Part shown: piece by piece, positions 40,714 to 51,383 of the stretch
Layout of the letters: the number at the start of each line of letters is the position of its first letter
Numbering within the stretch: position 1 is the stretch's first letter
NCBI GenBank assembly: GCA_032249235.1
Contig: JAVVGF010000005.1
Coordinates: 1-64,000 of the forward strand
Length of the DNA: 64,000 nucleotides
Source: Thermoproteota archaeon
GTDB lineage: Archaea > Thermoproteota > Thermoprotei > Gearchaeales > Gearchaeaceae
Direction of reading: 5' to 3'
Program-made: the position numbers and the translations under genes
The notes under the pieces: generated by a model
The model's input: the letters and a program-made list of their open reading frames with translations, nothing else
Database searches by the model: none
What the model was told of the DNA's origin: nothing

Positions 40714-41997
40714 ATGGGAGAGGAAAAACTAAGGCTTGTAAGAGGTATGCGAGATCTGATTTTTGATGATGCAGAGAAATTGATCTTCATAATAAATAAA
40801 GCTAGAGAAATTAGCTATAAATATGGTTATAAAGAAGCGATATTACCTACCATAGAATATTATTCGCTTTTTGCTGAGAAATCTGGTTATGAAATAACAA
40901 AAAGGATGTATGTTTTTGAAGACTTATCAGGTAGAAAATTAGCTTTGAGACCTGAGTTGACTCCTTCTGTAGCTAGACTATTCATAAATAACTTGCAATC
41001 ATTACCTAAGCCTATTCGTATTTCTTATTTCGCAAACGTTTTCAGATATGATGAACCTCAAAAAGCGAGATATAGAGAATTTTGGCAAGGTGGATTTGAG
41101 CATTTAGGATCTTCAAGCTTAATTGCTGATATAGAAGTAATAAAACTCGCTTTTGATATATTCAATTCATTGAAACTTGGAGAGGTTAAAATAAAGCTAG
41201 GAAGCATGGATCTCATAAAGAAGATATTGAATAATGCAGGCGTAGAATATGGTTCAATTCCTTATTTCTTATACTTAATCGATAAGAAGAAATTTGAAGA
41301 ATTAAAAAAGGAGCTTTCAAAACATGAAAAAGGAGAAATTTACTATGAACTTTTAGTTCAATTATCTAATTTGAAAGGAGATCCTTTAAGTATAATAAGT
41401 AAATCGAGAGAAACAATAAAAGATGAAAGACTTCTTTCTTCAATAAACGATCTCGAATTCATCATAACATCCTTAAGGCATCTTGGAATTCAGAACATTG
41501 AACTTGAGCTTTCATTTGCTCGAGGTATAGAATACTACACTGGAATAATTTATGAATTTCTACATAAAGATCTCGATGTCTCAATTGGAGGAGGAGGAAG
41601 ATATGACCTTTTAATTGAATATTATGGAGGTCCAAAAACTCCTGCTACAGGTTGTGCATTAGGACTTGACAGGATAGCTTTGGTTTTTAAAGGAGATTTC
41701 AAGAAAAATTTGAACTCAGCTTCTATTTTCCTATTAGAACAAACCAATGATACTTTGAGCAAAGCTTTCGAAATATCTTCTTTTCTTAGGAATCAAAATT
41801 ACATTGTTACAATAGAAACTTCAGAAAAGAATCTTAGTGAAGCTCTTTCAAAAGCTTCAAAGCAAAATTATGATTTGTTCATAATAATAGGGGGAAAAGA
41901 GTTCAAAGAAGGTAAGATTGTCGTTAGAGATTTGAAGAAAAGAATACAAAGAGAAGTAAGCATATCTAAGCTTCAAGATATCTTAGAGAAAGAATAA
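40714..41997 (+). CDS. hisS: Histidine--tRNA ligase
   Basis: RGMRD, LRPELT, FRYDEPQ..RYREF, RGIEYYTG, GGGRYD. Confidence 0.96.
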   Translation: MGEEKLRLVRGMRDLIFDDAEKLIFIINKAREISYKYGYKEAILPTIEYYSLFAEKSGYEITKRMYVFEDLSGRKLALRPELTPSVARLFINNLQSLPKPIRISYFANVFRYDEPQKARYREFWQGGFEHLGSSSLIADIEVIKLAFDIFNSLKLGEVKIKLGSMDLIKKILNNAGVEYGSIPYFLYLIDKKKFEELKKELSKHEKGEIYYELLVQLSNLKGDPLSIISKSRETIKDERLLSSINDLEFIITSLRHLGIQNIELELSFARGIEYYTGIIYEFLHKDLDVSIGGGGRYDLLIEYYGGPKTPATGCALGLDRIALVFKGDFKKNLNSASIFLLEQTNDTLSKAFEISSFLRNQNYIVTIETSEKNLSEALSKASKQNYDLFIIIGGKEFKEGKIVVRDLKKRIQREVSISKLQDILEKE

Positions 41998-42022
41998 ATG
42001 CAAATTAAAGAAATTCTTAACG

Positions 42023-42304
42023 TTGGAAGCGAAATTAAATAAATTAAGGGAATTAGCAATTAATAAAAAATTCCTTTTAAGAGTTTCTCTTAAAAAAATC
42101 AAATATAATTTAATTTTAGGTAAGACTGTTTCAGTTGAGGATAAAACTAGCGGTGCAAGCGTTAAATGGTTCCAAGCATTTGGAAATAAAACTTTGAATG
42201 AAGTCCTAAGATATTTCGAGATTGAAGAAATAATTTTAGAAAAAGGCGAAGAATATCGATTTAAAAACATAGATGAAGCTATTTTATTTTTGGAAAAGAA
42301 ATGA
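42023..42304 (+). CDS. Hypothetical protein
   Basis: 93-aa ORF filling the hisS-ridA gap on the operon strand; TTG start uncertain. Confidence 0.55.
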   Translation: MEAKLNKLRELAINKKFLLRVSLKKIKYNLILGKTVSVEDKTSGASVKWFQAFGNKTLNEVLRYFEIEEIILEKGEEYRFKNIDEAILFLEKK

Positions 42305-42310
42305 TAGTTA

Positions 42311-42661
42311 ATGTATAAAGCTATAGGTCCTTATTCGTTAATCAAGAAAGTTTCCAATTTTTATTTCATTTCAGGAATATTGCCTTTAAATGAAGAAGGA
42401 CTAATAGAAAAAGAAGCTAGAAATGCTTTTAAATTAGTAATGGAAAATCTGAAAGGAATTTTGTCGAAGGAAGGTTTAAGCTTTGAAAATTTAGTAAAAG
42501 TAACTGTCTACTTAACCGATCCATCTCATATCAAATTATTCAACGAGATTTATTCTTCTTATTTTCAAAAAGAATTTCCTGCAAGATCCTTAGTAGTTGT
42601 AAATGCTCTACCTATGAATTCTTTGATAGAAATAGAGGCTATAGCATATAAAAGCAGTTAA
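42311..42661 (+). CDS. ridA: RidA/YjgF enamine/imine deaminase
   Basis: AIGPYS, ISG, VKVTVYL, FPARS, IEIEAIA. Confidence 0.88.
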   Translation: MYKAIGPYSLIKKVSNFYFISGILPLNEEGLIEKEARNAFKLVMENLKGILSKEGLSFENLVKVTVYLTDPSHIKLFNEIYSSYFQKEFPARSLVVVNALPMNSLIEIEAIAYKSS

Positions 42662-42711
42662 ACTTAGCATGAAATAAGATAAAGCTATAAACTTATTGAA
42701 TTTTCCTAACT

Positions 42712-43191
42712 ATGGAAAGAATCTATTATATTGGAAAGAATGTCAAGCTTGGAAAGAATGTAAAAATATGGCATTTTGTGTATATAGGCGATAATACTGT
42801 AATTGGAGATAACGTAACGATTGGTTCTTTATCCCATATTGATTACAACGTTACAATAGGAAATAATGTGAAAATAGAAGGCATGGTTTACATACCTCCT
42901 CTAAGCAAAATAGGTAATAATGTTTTCATAGGCCCAAATGCAATATTGACAAACGATCCTTATCCTATGAGTAAGAAACTTGCTGGAGTGATAATAGAAG
43001 ATGATGTCATAATAGGAGCAGGTGCAATAATTAAAGCAGGCGTGAAAATTGGAAGAGGGAGCGTAGTAGCGATGGGTTCTCTAGTTACAAAAGACGTGCC
43101 AGAAGGCGTTGTAGTGAGAGGTTTTCCTGCAAGGATAGTTTATAGCAGGGAGGAATATGAAAAGAAAAAGAATAAATGGGAAAGCGAATAG
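42712..43191 (+). CDS. Hexapeptide-repeat acyltransferase (WbpD-like)
   Basis: Left-handed beta-helix repeats; FIGPNAILTND.YP; VTKDVP...G.PA. Confidence 0.88.
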   Translation: MERIYYIGKNVKLGKNVKIWHFVYIGDNTVIGDNVTIGSLSHIDYNVTIGNNVKIEGMVYIPPLSKIGNNVFIGPNAILTNDPYPMSKKLAGVIIEDDVIIGAGAIIKAGVKIGRGSVVAMGSLVTKDVPEGVVVRGFPARIVYSREEYEKKKNKWESE

Positions 43192-43211
43192 TTTAACTCA
43201 ATAATTTTTAG

Positions 43212-43284
43212 CGCCCTGGCCGGGATTTGAACCCGGGCCTCAAGGGTGACAGCCTCACATTCTACCGGGCTAAACTACCAGGGC
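43212..43284 (-). tRNA. tRNA-Asp(GTC)
   Basis: GCCCTGG/CCAGGGC with G73; TGAGG-CT-GTC-AC-CCTTG. Confidence 0.94.
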
Positions 43285-43349
43285 AATCTATTTTATGATA
43301 AGTTGAGAAGGAATATATAATTTTTTAAGCTATATTTTTAAGATAAGAA

Positions 43350-43826
43350 GTGGCTCTATCTCGCAAAGTAATAGTATTAGGCATTCTTGTATTATTAATG
43401 ATATCGCTAACTGTATATGTTATGGGTTATGTTAAGAAACCTAATCCTGTAGGCAGTTATGAAGTTTGGAAAGCTGTTATGCATATTTCTCCTGAAAAAG
43501 CTAAGTCGGGTGAACAGATTGAAATCAAAGTAGCTCTTCAACTCGTATATCCTAATTCTTATTGTGTAAATCAATCAGCTATAACGAGCAACTATCTTGT
43601 TTATATTAGCGTTGTTGATTCAAATGGGAAACAGTATTTATCAAAATATTTTGAACCTAATGTTTCAGGCTTGAAAACTGTTTGTGTTATAATGAATGCA
43701 GGAGATGAGTTAACACTCGTTTCTACACAAATAATTTTAGTTAATGTTGATACGTATACAGTAAAAGCCAAGATAAATACTAAATATGGTAGTGTTGAAC
43801 TTCAATCTAATATACAGATTGTTTAG
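43350..43826 (+). CDS. Membrane-anchored extracellular beta-sandwich (Ig-like) protein
   Basis: N-terminal TM; beta-rich; two Cys; N-glycosylation sequons NQS and NVS. Confidence 0.65.
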   Translation: MALSRKVIVLGILVLLMISLTVYVMGYVKKPNPVGSYEVWKAVMHISPEKAKSGEQIEIKVALQLVYPNSYCVNQSAITSNYLVYISVVDSNGKQYLSKYFEPNVSGLKTVCVIMNAGDELTLVSTQIILVNVDTYTVKAKINTKYGSVELQSNIQIV

Positions 43827-43901
43827 CGCCCCAGACGGGAATTGAACCCGTGACCTCTGGCTTAGAAGGCCAGCGCTATGTCCAAGCTAAGCTACTGGGG
43901 C
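43827..43901 (-). tRNA. tRNA-Arg(TCT)
   Basis: GCCCCAG/CTGGGGC; CTGGC-CT-TCT-AA-GCCAG. Confidence 0.95.
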
Positions 43902-43938
43902 ACACTAAAAAATTATCTATAAGCACTACTTTAAATTT

Positions 43939-46806
43939 TTATTCAAGATAAAATCCTAGCTTAAAAGGTAGAGATCTTTCAGCCTTATTAAGTGGATCAT
44001 ATTTAGCATTTTCTTCTTCGAATATTTCACAGGTTATTTCTTCTTTTTCTAACATCTTCTTGAGCTCTTTAGCGACGCTTTCATCTATACTTTTAGCTTT
44101 TTCTATTACGTTTCTAAGTGTCTCCTCTAGAGAAAAGTAATGTTCATACATTTCAATAACCATTTTCGGAATCTTTTTTTCTTCAAAATCCTTAATTTCT
44201 TTCTGTATTTCTTTAATCAGCTCTCTTCTATCTATTTTACTCACGATTTTTTCTTTTACTTTTATGAACAACTCATATTTTTTTCTCGAAGGAAGATAAA
44301 TATATATCTTCGAAACTTTACCTTTAAGTTTTCTTACATTTGATATATCCTCATACATTTTTGTAATCAGAATTTCTCTTGCTTCAGCTACTTCATCAAT
44401 TAAAGACGGATTATAAGAAGGCCATTTAGCCAATGCTATGAAGCTTTTTTCTCCCAATTTATTCCATAATTCTTCGCATATATGCGGAATGAATGGAGAA
44501 AGCAATATTAACCAATCTCTGAGAATACTCTTTAATAATTTTGAATTTATGGTTTCGCTTCTTTTCATATACCATTTAATATCATTAAAAACACCATAAA
44601 AGGCATGAACGAGAGCGCTTCTGAGCTTAAATTCATCCAAAAAATCTGTTGTAAGCTTTATTCTTCTTTGAAAACTACTTATGAGCCAACTATCCATTGA
44701 ACTCTTCATTTCTTTTTCTTCATTCGATATTATTTTCAATGCAAGATTATAGAAGGATTGTAGATTGTTTATTGCATCTTCCATTCCTTTCGATGTCCAT
44801 TCAGCATCTTCCATTCCCTCTGCTAGACTTGCTAGGTAAAATCTTACAGGATCCGCTCCATATTTTTCTATTGCTTCTTTTATCGTTATTACTATACCTT
44901 TTGATTTAGACAACTTCTTCCCTTCAATATTTATCATTCCATTTACTGCAATAATTTTAGGCCATAGATTTTCAGGAAGCAATGCAACGTGATGAAATAT
45001 ATAAAATGTAAGATGATTAGGAATCAGTTCTTTAGCAGAAGTTCGCAAATCTACAGGATACCAATATAGAAATTCTTCTCTTATTTTCTTAAGCAAATCA
45101 GGACTCATTTCGCATTGCTTCGCAACTTCCTCAACATTTCCTTCACCTAATATTACATAATCGAAGAATTCTTTTTTGAGATTCTCTGCTTTTATGGCAT
45201 TTGCATTTACGAATTTTGCAATTATATAATAGGGCATATATATTGTAGAGTCGCTTAGAGTTTCAATAATCCACTCCTTATCCCATGGAAGAGGAGTACC
45301 AAGACCTGATTTCCTAGCACATGCTTTATCATCAAGCCAATCAATAGTATTGATGAACCAATTTCTGGCTTCCTCAGGATATATCCTCATTCTGCTCAAT
45401 GCAAGTTTAGCTTTTTCTTTCCATTCAGGATCTGAATATTTCAAGAACCATTGATCTTTGAGGATTATTACTATGCATCTCGTACCACATCTACATACAA
45501 CAGGGCTGAGCAAATCATAGATTTTTAAAGCAAATCCTAAGCTTAGCATTTTTTCATAAACTTTATTTTTCGCTTCACTTACTTTCATTCCTTCAAATTC
45601 TTGAGTTAGTTTATTCATAACTCCCTTGTTGAATTCGTTCAAATATATTTCCCTCGTTGCCTCTTCTAATCTCGCATCTGTTTGATCTTTTATTTTCATT
45701 TTTTCAATCAAGCTCACAGCAGGATGTTCACCATATCCTTTCGTATCTATGATATGAATAGGAGCGATTTTATCTATAGCCTCTTTGCTAATGCCATATT
45801 TTTGCAGTATTTCAGGTTTATTTTTCAAATCTCTTAATGCTGCATAATCATATGGTGCATGAGATGGTACGCTATATACAATCCCAGTTCCTATATTTGG
45901 ATCGATGAAGAATGAAGGTAAGATTATGATTTCCTTATTAACTAATGGTGCTATTGCATGTTTACCAATGATCTTTTCTCCTTTAAACTCCTCTATAACT
46001 TCTACTTTAAAATCTTGACCTTTCAGCTTTTCTACTGTTTCTTTGCTTACAATCCATTTTTCCCCATTGACATTGATTTTTACCAAATCTGAATCTGGCT
46101 TTACCCAAATATTAGTTACGCCGAAAATCGTTTCTGGTCTTAAAGTTGCAGCAACCAAATATGAATCTTCAAACTTGAATTTTATCAAAACAATTTCTTC
46201 AGGACTTACCCCTTCACCTTGCAATCTGTCATGATCTCCTGTAGGAGATTGATCTCTAGGACACCAAACAACGGGATGTGTTCCCTTTATAACATAGCCT
46301 TTTTCTCTAAGTTTAATGTATTGCCAACTTACATATGCGCTAAAGCCTTTGTTGTGTGAAGTAGTATTAAATTCTCTTCTCCAATCTATCGAGTAACCTA
46401 ATCTTTTTATTGCTATTCTTGATTCATTCGTGAAATAATTAGCGATGTAAAGAGGGTCTGTGAACTTAACCAATTCTTCATCAGGAACTTTTTCTGTTCT
46501 TTTTAGTAAGTTTATCATTATCTCGTCTTTAGCAGCGATTCTTTTCGCCATTCCAGCGATTGGTTCTCCTGTCCAATGCCATGCCCATGGGAATAAAACG
46601 TTGTAACCTTGTGCTCTCTTAAATCTAGCATATATATCGTTTCTTAAAGAGGTGAAAGCATGACCTACATGAAGATGGCCATTAACGTAAGGAAAACAAA
46701 ATGTTATGAAAAGTTTAGGTTTCTCTTTATCTACTTCAGCCTCATATATTCTAGCTTCATACCATTCATTCTGCCATTTTTCTTCTATTTCTTTAAAAAG
46801 ATTCAT
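43939..46806 (-). CDS. leuS: Leucine--tRNA ligase
   Basis: PYVNGHLHVGH, ATLRPET, VPSHAPYD, KLSKSKG. Confidence 0.97.
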   Translation of the reverse strand: MNLFKEIEEKWQNEWYEARIYEAEVDKEKPKLFITFCFPYVNGHLHVGHAFTSLRNDIYARFKRAQGYNVLFPWAWHWTGEPIAGMAKRIAAKDEIMINLLKRTEKVPDEELVKFTDPLYIANYFTNESRIAIKRLGYSIDWRREFNTTSHNKGFSAYVSWQYIKLREKGYVIKGTHPVVWCPRDQSPTGDHDRLQGEGVSPEEIVLIKFKFEDSYLVAATLRPETIFGVTNIWVKPDSDLVKINVNGEKWIVSKETVEKLKGQDFKVEVIEEFKGEKIIGKHAIAPLVNKEIIILPSFFIDPNIGTGIVYSVPSHAPYDYAALRDLKNKPEILQKYGISKEAIDKIAPIHIIDTKGYGEHPAVSLIEKMKIKDQTDARLEEATREIYLNEFNKGVMNKLTQEFEGMKVSEAKNKVYEKMLSLGFALKIYDLLSPVVCRCGTRCIVIILKDQWFLKYSDPEWKEKAKLALSRMRIYPEEARNWFINTIDWLDDKACARKSGLGTPLPWDKEWIIETLSDSTIYMPYYIIAKFVNANAIKAENLKKEFFDYVILGEGNVEEVAKQCEMSPDLLKKIREEFLYWYPVDLRTSAKELIPNHLTFYIFHHVALLPENLWPKIIAVNGMINIEGKKLSKSKGIVITIKEAIEKYGADPVRFYLASLAEGMEDAEWTSKGMEDAINNLQSFYNLALKIISNEEKEMKSSMDSWLISSFQRRIKLTTDFLDEFKLRSALVHAFYGVFNDIKWYMKRSETINSKLLKSILRDWLILLSPFIPHICEELWNKLGEKSFIALAKWPSYNPSLIDEVAEAREILITKMYEDISNVRKLKGKVSKIYIYLPSRKKYELFIKVKEKIVSKIDRRELIKEIQKEIKDFEEKKIPKMVIEMYEHYFSLEETLRNVIEKAKSIDESVAKELKKMLEKEEITCEIFEEENAKYDPLNKAERSLPFKLGFYLE

Positions 46807-49520
46807 TGATTCGTTATAATATTTTCGATTTCCTTAAAAGCCTTCTCTAACCCTTCCTTAAAGCTACCGCCTGCTTGTGCATAATCTTCCCTTCCTCCTC
46901 CACCTCCTTTTATCATCTCAGCTACTTTTTTTATCAATATATCTGCTCTATAACCACTTTCAACAGCTCTTTTACCTAACATGATTATAGCAACTACTTT
47001 GTCGTTTATAGATCCTAATAAGACAAGAGCTTTAGGATCTCTTTTAATGATTTCCTCTCCTAATGCTATCAAAATATCAGAGCTCAAATCTTTAGCCTTG
47101 AATTTGTAAAAGTTAACCTTAGATGTTCTAAGCGTATCAGCTGATTTTATTGCCTGTTCAGCTAATATGCTGAGTAAATTCTCTTTTTCTTTCCTTTCCT
47201 TCCTTAAATCTTTTTGTAATCTTAGTATGCTTTCAATTATCTTTTCTCTAGGAGTTTGAGTTATTTCTGAAATTGAATCAAGAGTTTTCTCAAGCTCTCT
47301 GAATCTTTCTAAAGAGACTTTTCCTGCTGTAAATATAAATCTCTCTACACCATCTTGAATCCTTTCTGATTTGATTATTTTAATCATTCCTACTTCACTC
47401 GTGTTACTTAAATGTGTTCCACCGCAAGCCTGATGGTCGATGTTATCTATGCTAACAACTCTTATTGTTCTTCCTCCCATTACTCCTCCTTGATATAACT
47501 TGAAGCCATAACGTTCTTCTGCTTCTTTTCTGTCCATAAATCTTGCTCTCACAGGCAATCCTGAAAGAACAATTTCATTTGCCAAGTTTTCAATTCTTTC
47601 CAATTCTTCTTTTTCAATTTTTTTATAATGTGTTACGTCCAATCTTGCTTTATCTTCTTCTTTTCTAGCTCCAGCTTGCCATATATGATCGCCTAACACC
47701 TTTCTAATTGAATACAATAAGATATGAGTGGCTGTATGATGGCGCATTATATTCAATCTTCTTTCTTTATCAACAATTCCTTTAACTTCAAAACCTGTGA
47801 TGTCTTGATCTAGACCTTCAACTTCATGTAATATAACATTTCCTTTTTTATAGACAGACTTAACCTTTAATGTTTTATCTTTAAAAATTATCGTTCCAGT
47901 ATCGTAAATTTGTCCTCCTCCTTCTGGATAGAATGCGGTCTTATCTAAAACGATCCATTTGGGCATTACCGTTTTAACAACTTTAGCATTGAATTCGAAA
48001 AGATATGGATCATCATAGTATAAAGGATAAGTAGTTTCGATACCTTCAACATCAGGAAGTTCTTCTTTAACTTCTTGTTTCAACGGTTTTTCATGCTTTT
48101 CTACAATCTTAGAAAAGAAATCAAGAGGGAATTCAACTTCGAAGTTTTCTTTTTTCGCTTCTTTTATGACAAAATCAGGATGTATACCATGTGAATCATA
48201 TAGTTCAATTAATTCTTCTTTGCTTATTCTTCTTTCATTTTTTGCTTTTTTATTTTTTATCAAATTTGATATCTCAATTGAGGCTCTATTTATTAATTTA
48301 TAATATTTATCTTCTTCTATAGCGATAATTTCTCTTATCCTCTCCTTTGAATTATATACATTTTTGAAATTACTCCATAATTTTATTTGATCATTTATAA
48401 TATCTATTAAAGGTATATCAATTTCTAAGCTTAATAAATTCTTTAAGGTTTTTCTTATCAATAATCTACCTAAGTATCCTTCTCCGCTGTTTGAAGGAAC
48501 TAAGCCATCTGCTAGCATGAAGATAATGCATTTTGTATGATCCAATATTGCATACAGAGCTTCTAGTTTAGATATTAACTCGCTAATGTCTTCTTTAATT
48601 CCAAGATTTTCTCTTATTCTTTTTATTACCTCCTGTCTCTTAATTAAACCTTCGCTATAAAGTATTGATTGCCTTGCATGCTCAAATATCAATTCATCAT
48701 CTTTGCTCAATCCAATCTTATCTAGTAGCTTTTCAAGAATATTGCCATATAGTGCATGGAAAACTGTTGGTTTACCTGTAAGATACCATGTATATCTTTC
48801 CATTCCATAACCTGTATCTACTATAAAAAGAGGAATATCTACATAGTTTCCATCAGCTATCTTGTATTTCATGAATACCAAAGTAGCGATTTCAAGACCT
48901 TTTGAAGCAACTTCTAAGCAAGGTCCTGCATTTCCTCCGCCTTCCCAAAATTCTTCAATATAAGTAACGCTATAAGGATCTATTTTATAGACTGAGCTAT
49001 TCAATTCGTGGCAATATTTTGTTGTTTCATCCTTCCAATAAACATAATTTTCTTTGCTATTGAATGCATGATGTGCAGCCATCTCGAATATAGTTAAATG
49101 TCTTCCTGAAGTCAAACCAACTAGATCTAAATCCTTAAGTCTAATGCAAGGTTGAGAAATTACTAAAGGATTTGCTGGCGGGTCAACTTCACCACTAGTT
49201 ACGAATGGTTGGAATACTGCAATACTCGCTATTGTGAGGTAAATATCATCACGCCATCTTGCAACAACAGGTCTAGGTTCTATGTATGTATGATTTTTTG
49301 ATTTGAAAAATTCAATGAAAGAATTCCTTACATCATCAATAGTAACTTGAAGATTATGCTTACCTATAAATTCATAGTCGCTGCAAGGAGCATCTTGACA
49401 AGTATTTAAATCCTTATTGAGAGTCCAAAAATATCTTTTGCATTTTATACACTGCTTTCTTACAAAACCGTTTTCTTTAAAAAAATCTAACTGATATTCT
49501 TTTTCTCTTTCAATCGTCAA
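46803..49520 (-). CDS. alaS: Alanine--tRNA ligase
   Basis: ARWRDD, QPCIR, GRHLT.FEM, HTATH, CGGTH, GGGGR. Confidence 0.97.
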   Translation of the reverse strand: MTIEREKEYQLDFFKENGFVRKQCIKCKRYFWTLNKDLNTCQDAPCSDYEFIGKHNLQVTIDDVRNSFIEFFKSKNHTYIEPRPVVARWRDDIYLTIASIAVFQPFVTSGEVDPPANPLVISQPCIRLKDLDLVGLTSGRHLTIFEMAAHHAFNSKENYVYWKDETTKYCHELNSSVYKIDPYSVTYIEEFWEGGGNAGPCLEVASKGLEIATLVFMKYKIADGNYVDIPLFIVDTGYGMERYTWYLTGKPTVFHALYGNILEKLLDKIGLSKDDELIFEHARQSILYSEGLIKRQEVIKRIRENLGIKEDISELISKLEALYAILDHTKCIIFMLADGLVPSNSGEGYLGRLLIRKTLKNLLSLEIDIPLIDIINDQIKLWSNFKNVYNSKERIREIIAIEEDKYYKLINRASIEISNLIKNKKAKNERRISKEELIELYDSHGIHPDFVIKEAKKENFEVEFPLDFFSKIVEKHEKPLKQEVKEELPDVEGIETTYPLYYDDPYLFEFNAKVVKTVMPKWIVLDKTAFYPEGGGQIYDTGTIIFKDKTLKVKSVYKKGNVILHEVEGLDQDITGFEVKGIVDKERRLNIMRHHTATHILLYSIRKVLGDHIWQAGARKEEDKARLDVTHYKKIEKEELERIENLANEIVLSGLPVRARFMDRKEAEERYGFKLYQGGVMGGRTIRVVSIDNIDHQACGGTHLSNTSEVGMIKIIKSERIQDGVERFIFTAGKVSLERFRELEKTLDSISEITQTPREKIIESILRLQKDLRKERKEKENLLSILAEQAIKSADTLRTSKVNFYKFKAKDLSSDILIALGEEIIKRDPKALVLLGSINDKVVAIIMLGKRAVESGYRADILIKKVAEMIKGGGGGREDYAQAGGSFKEGLEKAFKEIENIITNQ

Positions 49521-49526
49521 GCTTTT

Positions 49527-49844
49527 TCAACCGAATAGAGCTGATAGACCTGCTGATATTGTTTCTTCTGAAACTTCCTCTTTCTTCTCTTCCTCTTTCT
49601 TTTCTTCTTTCTTAGCTTCAGCTTCTACTTTAGCAGGAGCAGCTGGCGCTGCAGCGGAAACAGCAACAGGTGCAGCTTGCTTTAACACTTCATCAATATT
49701 TATTTCCTTGAAAGCAGCTACAAACATTCTAACTCTATTTATATCGTAATTTATTCCTGTTGCTTGGAATATTTTCTCCATGTTTTCTTCTGTTATATCT
49801 TTCTTTGCATAATGCAATAACAATCCTGCGTAAACGTATTCCAT
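49527..49844 (-). CDS. rpl12: Ribosomal stalk protein aP1 (L12)
   Basis: [11 protein letters not shown], Ala-rich/acidic hinge, GLSALFG. Confidence 0.96.
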   Translation of the reverse strand: MEYVYAGLLLHYAKKDITEENMEKIFQATGINYDINRVRMFVAAFKEINIDEVLKQAAPVAVSAAAPAAPAKVEAEAKKEEKKEEEKKEEVSEETISAGLSALFG

Positions 49845-49877
49845 ACTTCTCTTTTATCTATTAGGTAATATTAATCT

Positions 49878-50729
49878 TTAAACTTTGTCCTTTATCTTCT
49901 CATATAGTACTTTTGCTAGACTTTCAGCTTTAACTAAATTTCTTTCAAGAATTTCTTTTTCTGGCAATACTAGGCTTTCTGCAACCTTTAGATAATCTAA
50001 ATAAGCTTTACTTATAAGTATTGGCATTACTTCGCGTATTGGCAAGCTTGCTTGAATTGCAAGATTTAACGAGTCTTGATGAGCTTTCTTTATATCCTCT
50101 CTTATTTTATTCAAATCGATAGTTATTTCTTTTAATAAGCTCTTTCCATCGAAAGCAAATTTGAGATTTAACGTTGTCTCTATTGGCTTTATGCCTAGTA
50201 AATTCAATAATTCAACAACATCTTTACTTATCACTTCACCTTTCTTTGCAACTACAGTATCTTTAGCTATCCATACAGATCCTTCAACAATCTTTGTAGG
50301 AACTTTTAACTTGCTGAATTTGCTCAATACAGGACCAGGAGTAAGTCCCGTATTGCCTTCATTAACGATAATATCTTTAGGTGCAATCATACCAGGTTGC
50401 GCTTCTGTGAGAATTTTATTCTTTTGCAAAAATAGATAAAGTTCGTACGGATTTTTATTCGTAAATATAAAAATGTTTTGACCTGTAAATTCAATCTTAG
50501 TATTATGAACTCTTTCAATTGCTTTCTCTACTAGTCTATTTCTTGCAACTTTGAGGACAGCAATACCTCTAAGCATTCTACGCATTGCTTGTAATTCTGA
50601 ACTTCCTATCTTTACTAGATCTGCTACTATGAAGAATTTATTTTCTCTAAGTAGATTTTCTAATTCAGAAAGTATTCTAGCTTTTACTTGGCGAGTTATT
50701 TTCTTTACTGCACGATATCTTAACGACAT
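49878..50729 (-). CDS. rpl10: Ribosomal protein uL10/aP0 (no C-terminal hinge or tail)
   Basis: KVARNRL, GNTGLTPGP, LLNLLGIKP, three spine helices. Confidence 0.94.
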   Translation of the reverse strand: MSLRYRAVKKITRQVKARILSELENLLRENKFFIVADLVKIGSSELQAMRRMLRGIAVLKVARNRLVEKAIERVHNTKIEFTGQNIFIFTNKNPYELYLFLQKNKILTEAQPGMIAPKDIIVNEGNTGLTPGPVLSKFSKLKVPTKIVEGSVWIAKDTVVAKKGEVISKDVVELLNLLGIKPIETTLNLKFAFDGKSLLKEITIDLNKIREDIKKAHQDSLNLAIQASLPIREVMPILISKAYLDYLKVAESLVLPEKEILERNLVKAESLAKVLYEKIKDKV

Positions 50730-51382
50730 TATTTAATCCTTACAGGTTCACTCATTGTCTTTTTGATATATATACTTGTAATCCTTCCTTTACCTGCTAT
50801 TCGTTTGTTTATTTCTTCAATGATCGTAAATGCGTTTTCTTTCAAAGATTTAAGATCCATCCCTTCTTTACCGAAAGCACAAGAAATAACTGGTTGTCCT
50901 TTTATTCTAAGTCTTATACTTTGCTTTAGATCATTAATGATTTTATCGACAGCTACATTTGGAGCTATGACTTGTGGTAGCTTTCCTCTACTACCTAAGT
51001 ATGCTCCTAAAAGCTTACCTACAAGCGGCATGAGATCAGGTTGAGCTAGAAAATACTTATAATTTCTAGCAATTTTCTTTAGTTCTCTTTTATTACCTTG
51101 GAGTTTTTCCAAATCTGTCCTTCTTAATATCAAATCTGCACCTGCTTTTTGAGCTTCGCTTGCTATTTCTCTTTCAGCTATGACACAAACTTTGTTATTT
51201 AATCCTTGAATAGGATGAGGCAATTTAAGTATGCCGCTTAATTTTTCGGCATCTCTTTTAACATCTATCCCTTCAAGATTTATTATTATCTCATATGTTT
51301 GCTTGAATCTTCTTGTAGGACTTGCTTCAAGTCTTTTTAAAGCTTCTTCGAAACTTTTCTCTATTGTTTGAAGCTCCGACAT
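50729..51382 (-). CDS. rpl1: 50S ribosomal protein L1
   Basis: RRFKQT, LPHP, MPLVGK.LG..LG.RGK.P, KKTMSEP. Confidence 0.95.
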   Translation of the reverse strand: MSELQTIEKSFEEALKRLEASPTRRFKQTYEIIINLEGIDVKRDAEKLSGILKLPHPIQGLNNKVCVIAEREIASEAQKAGADLILRRTDLEKLQGNKRELKKIARNYKYFLAQPDLMPLVGKLLGAYLGSRGKLPQVIAPNVAVDKIINDLKQSIRLRIKGQPVISCAFGKEGMDLKSLKENAFTIIEEINKRIAGKGRITSIYIKKTMSEPVRIK

Positions 51383-51383
51383 T

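Noticed and set aside
41998-42042. ATG right after hisS, suggesting a frameshifted start for the 93-aa ORF
   Set aside because: It opens a 14-codon frame with no slippery site or recognisable homology; cannot be supported.
42712-42930. Repeated GGAAAGAATGT and 18-nt periodicity
   Set aside because: These encode hexapeptide repeats of the acyltransferase, not a DNA repeat or CRISPR.
49560-49690. Low-complexity GCA/TCT repeats
   Set aside because: They encode the Ala-rich and acidic hinge of aP1.
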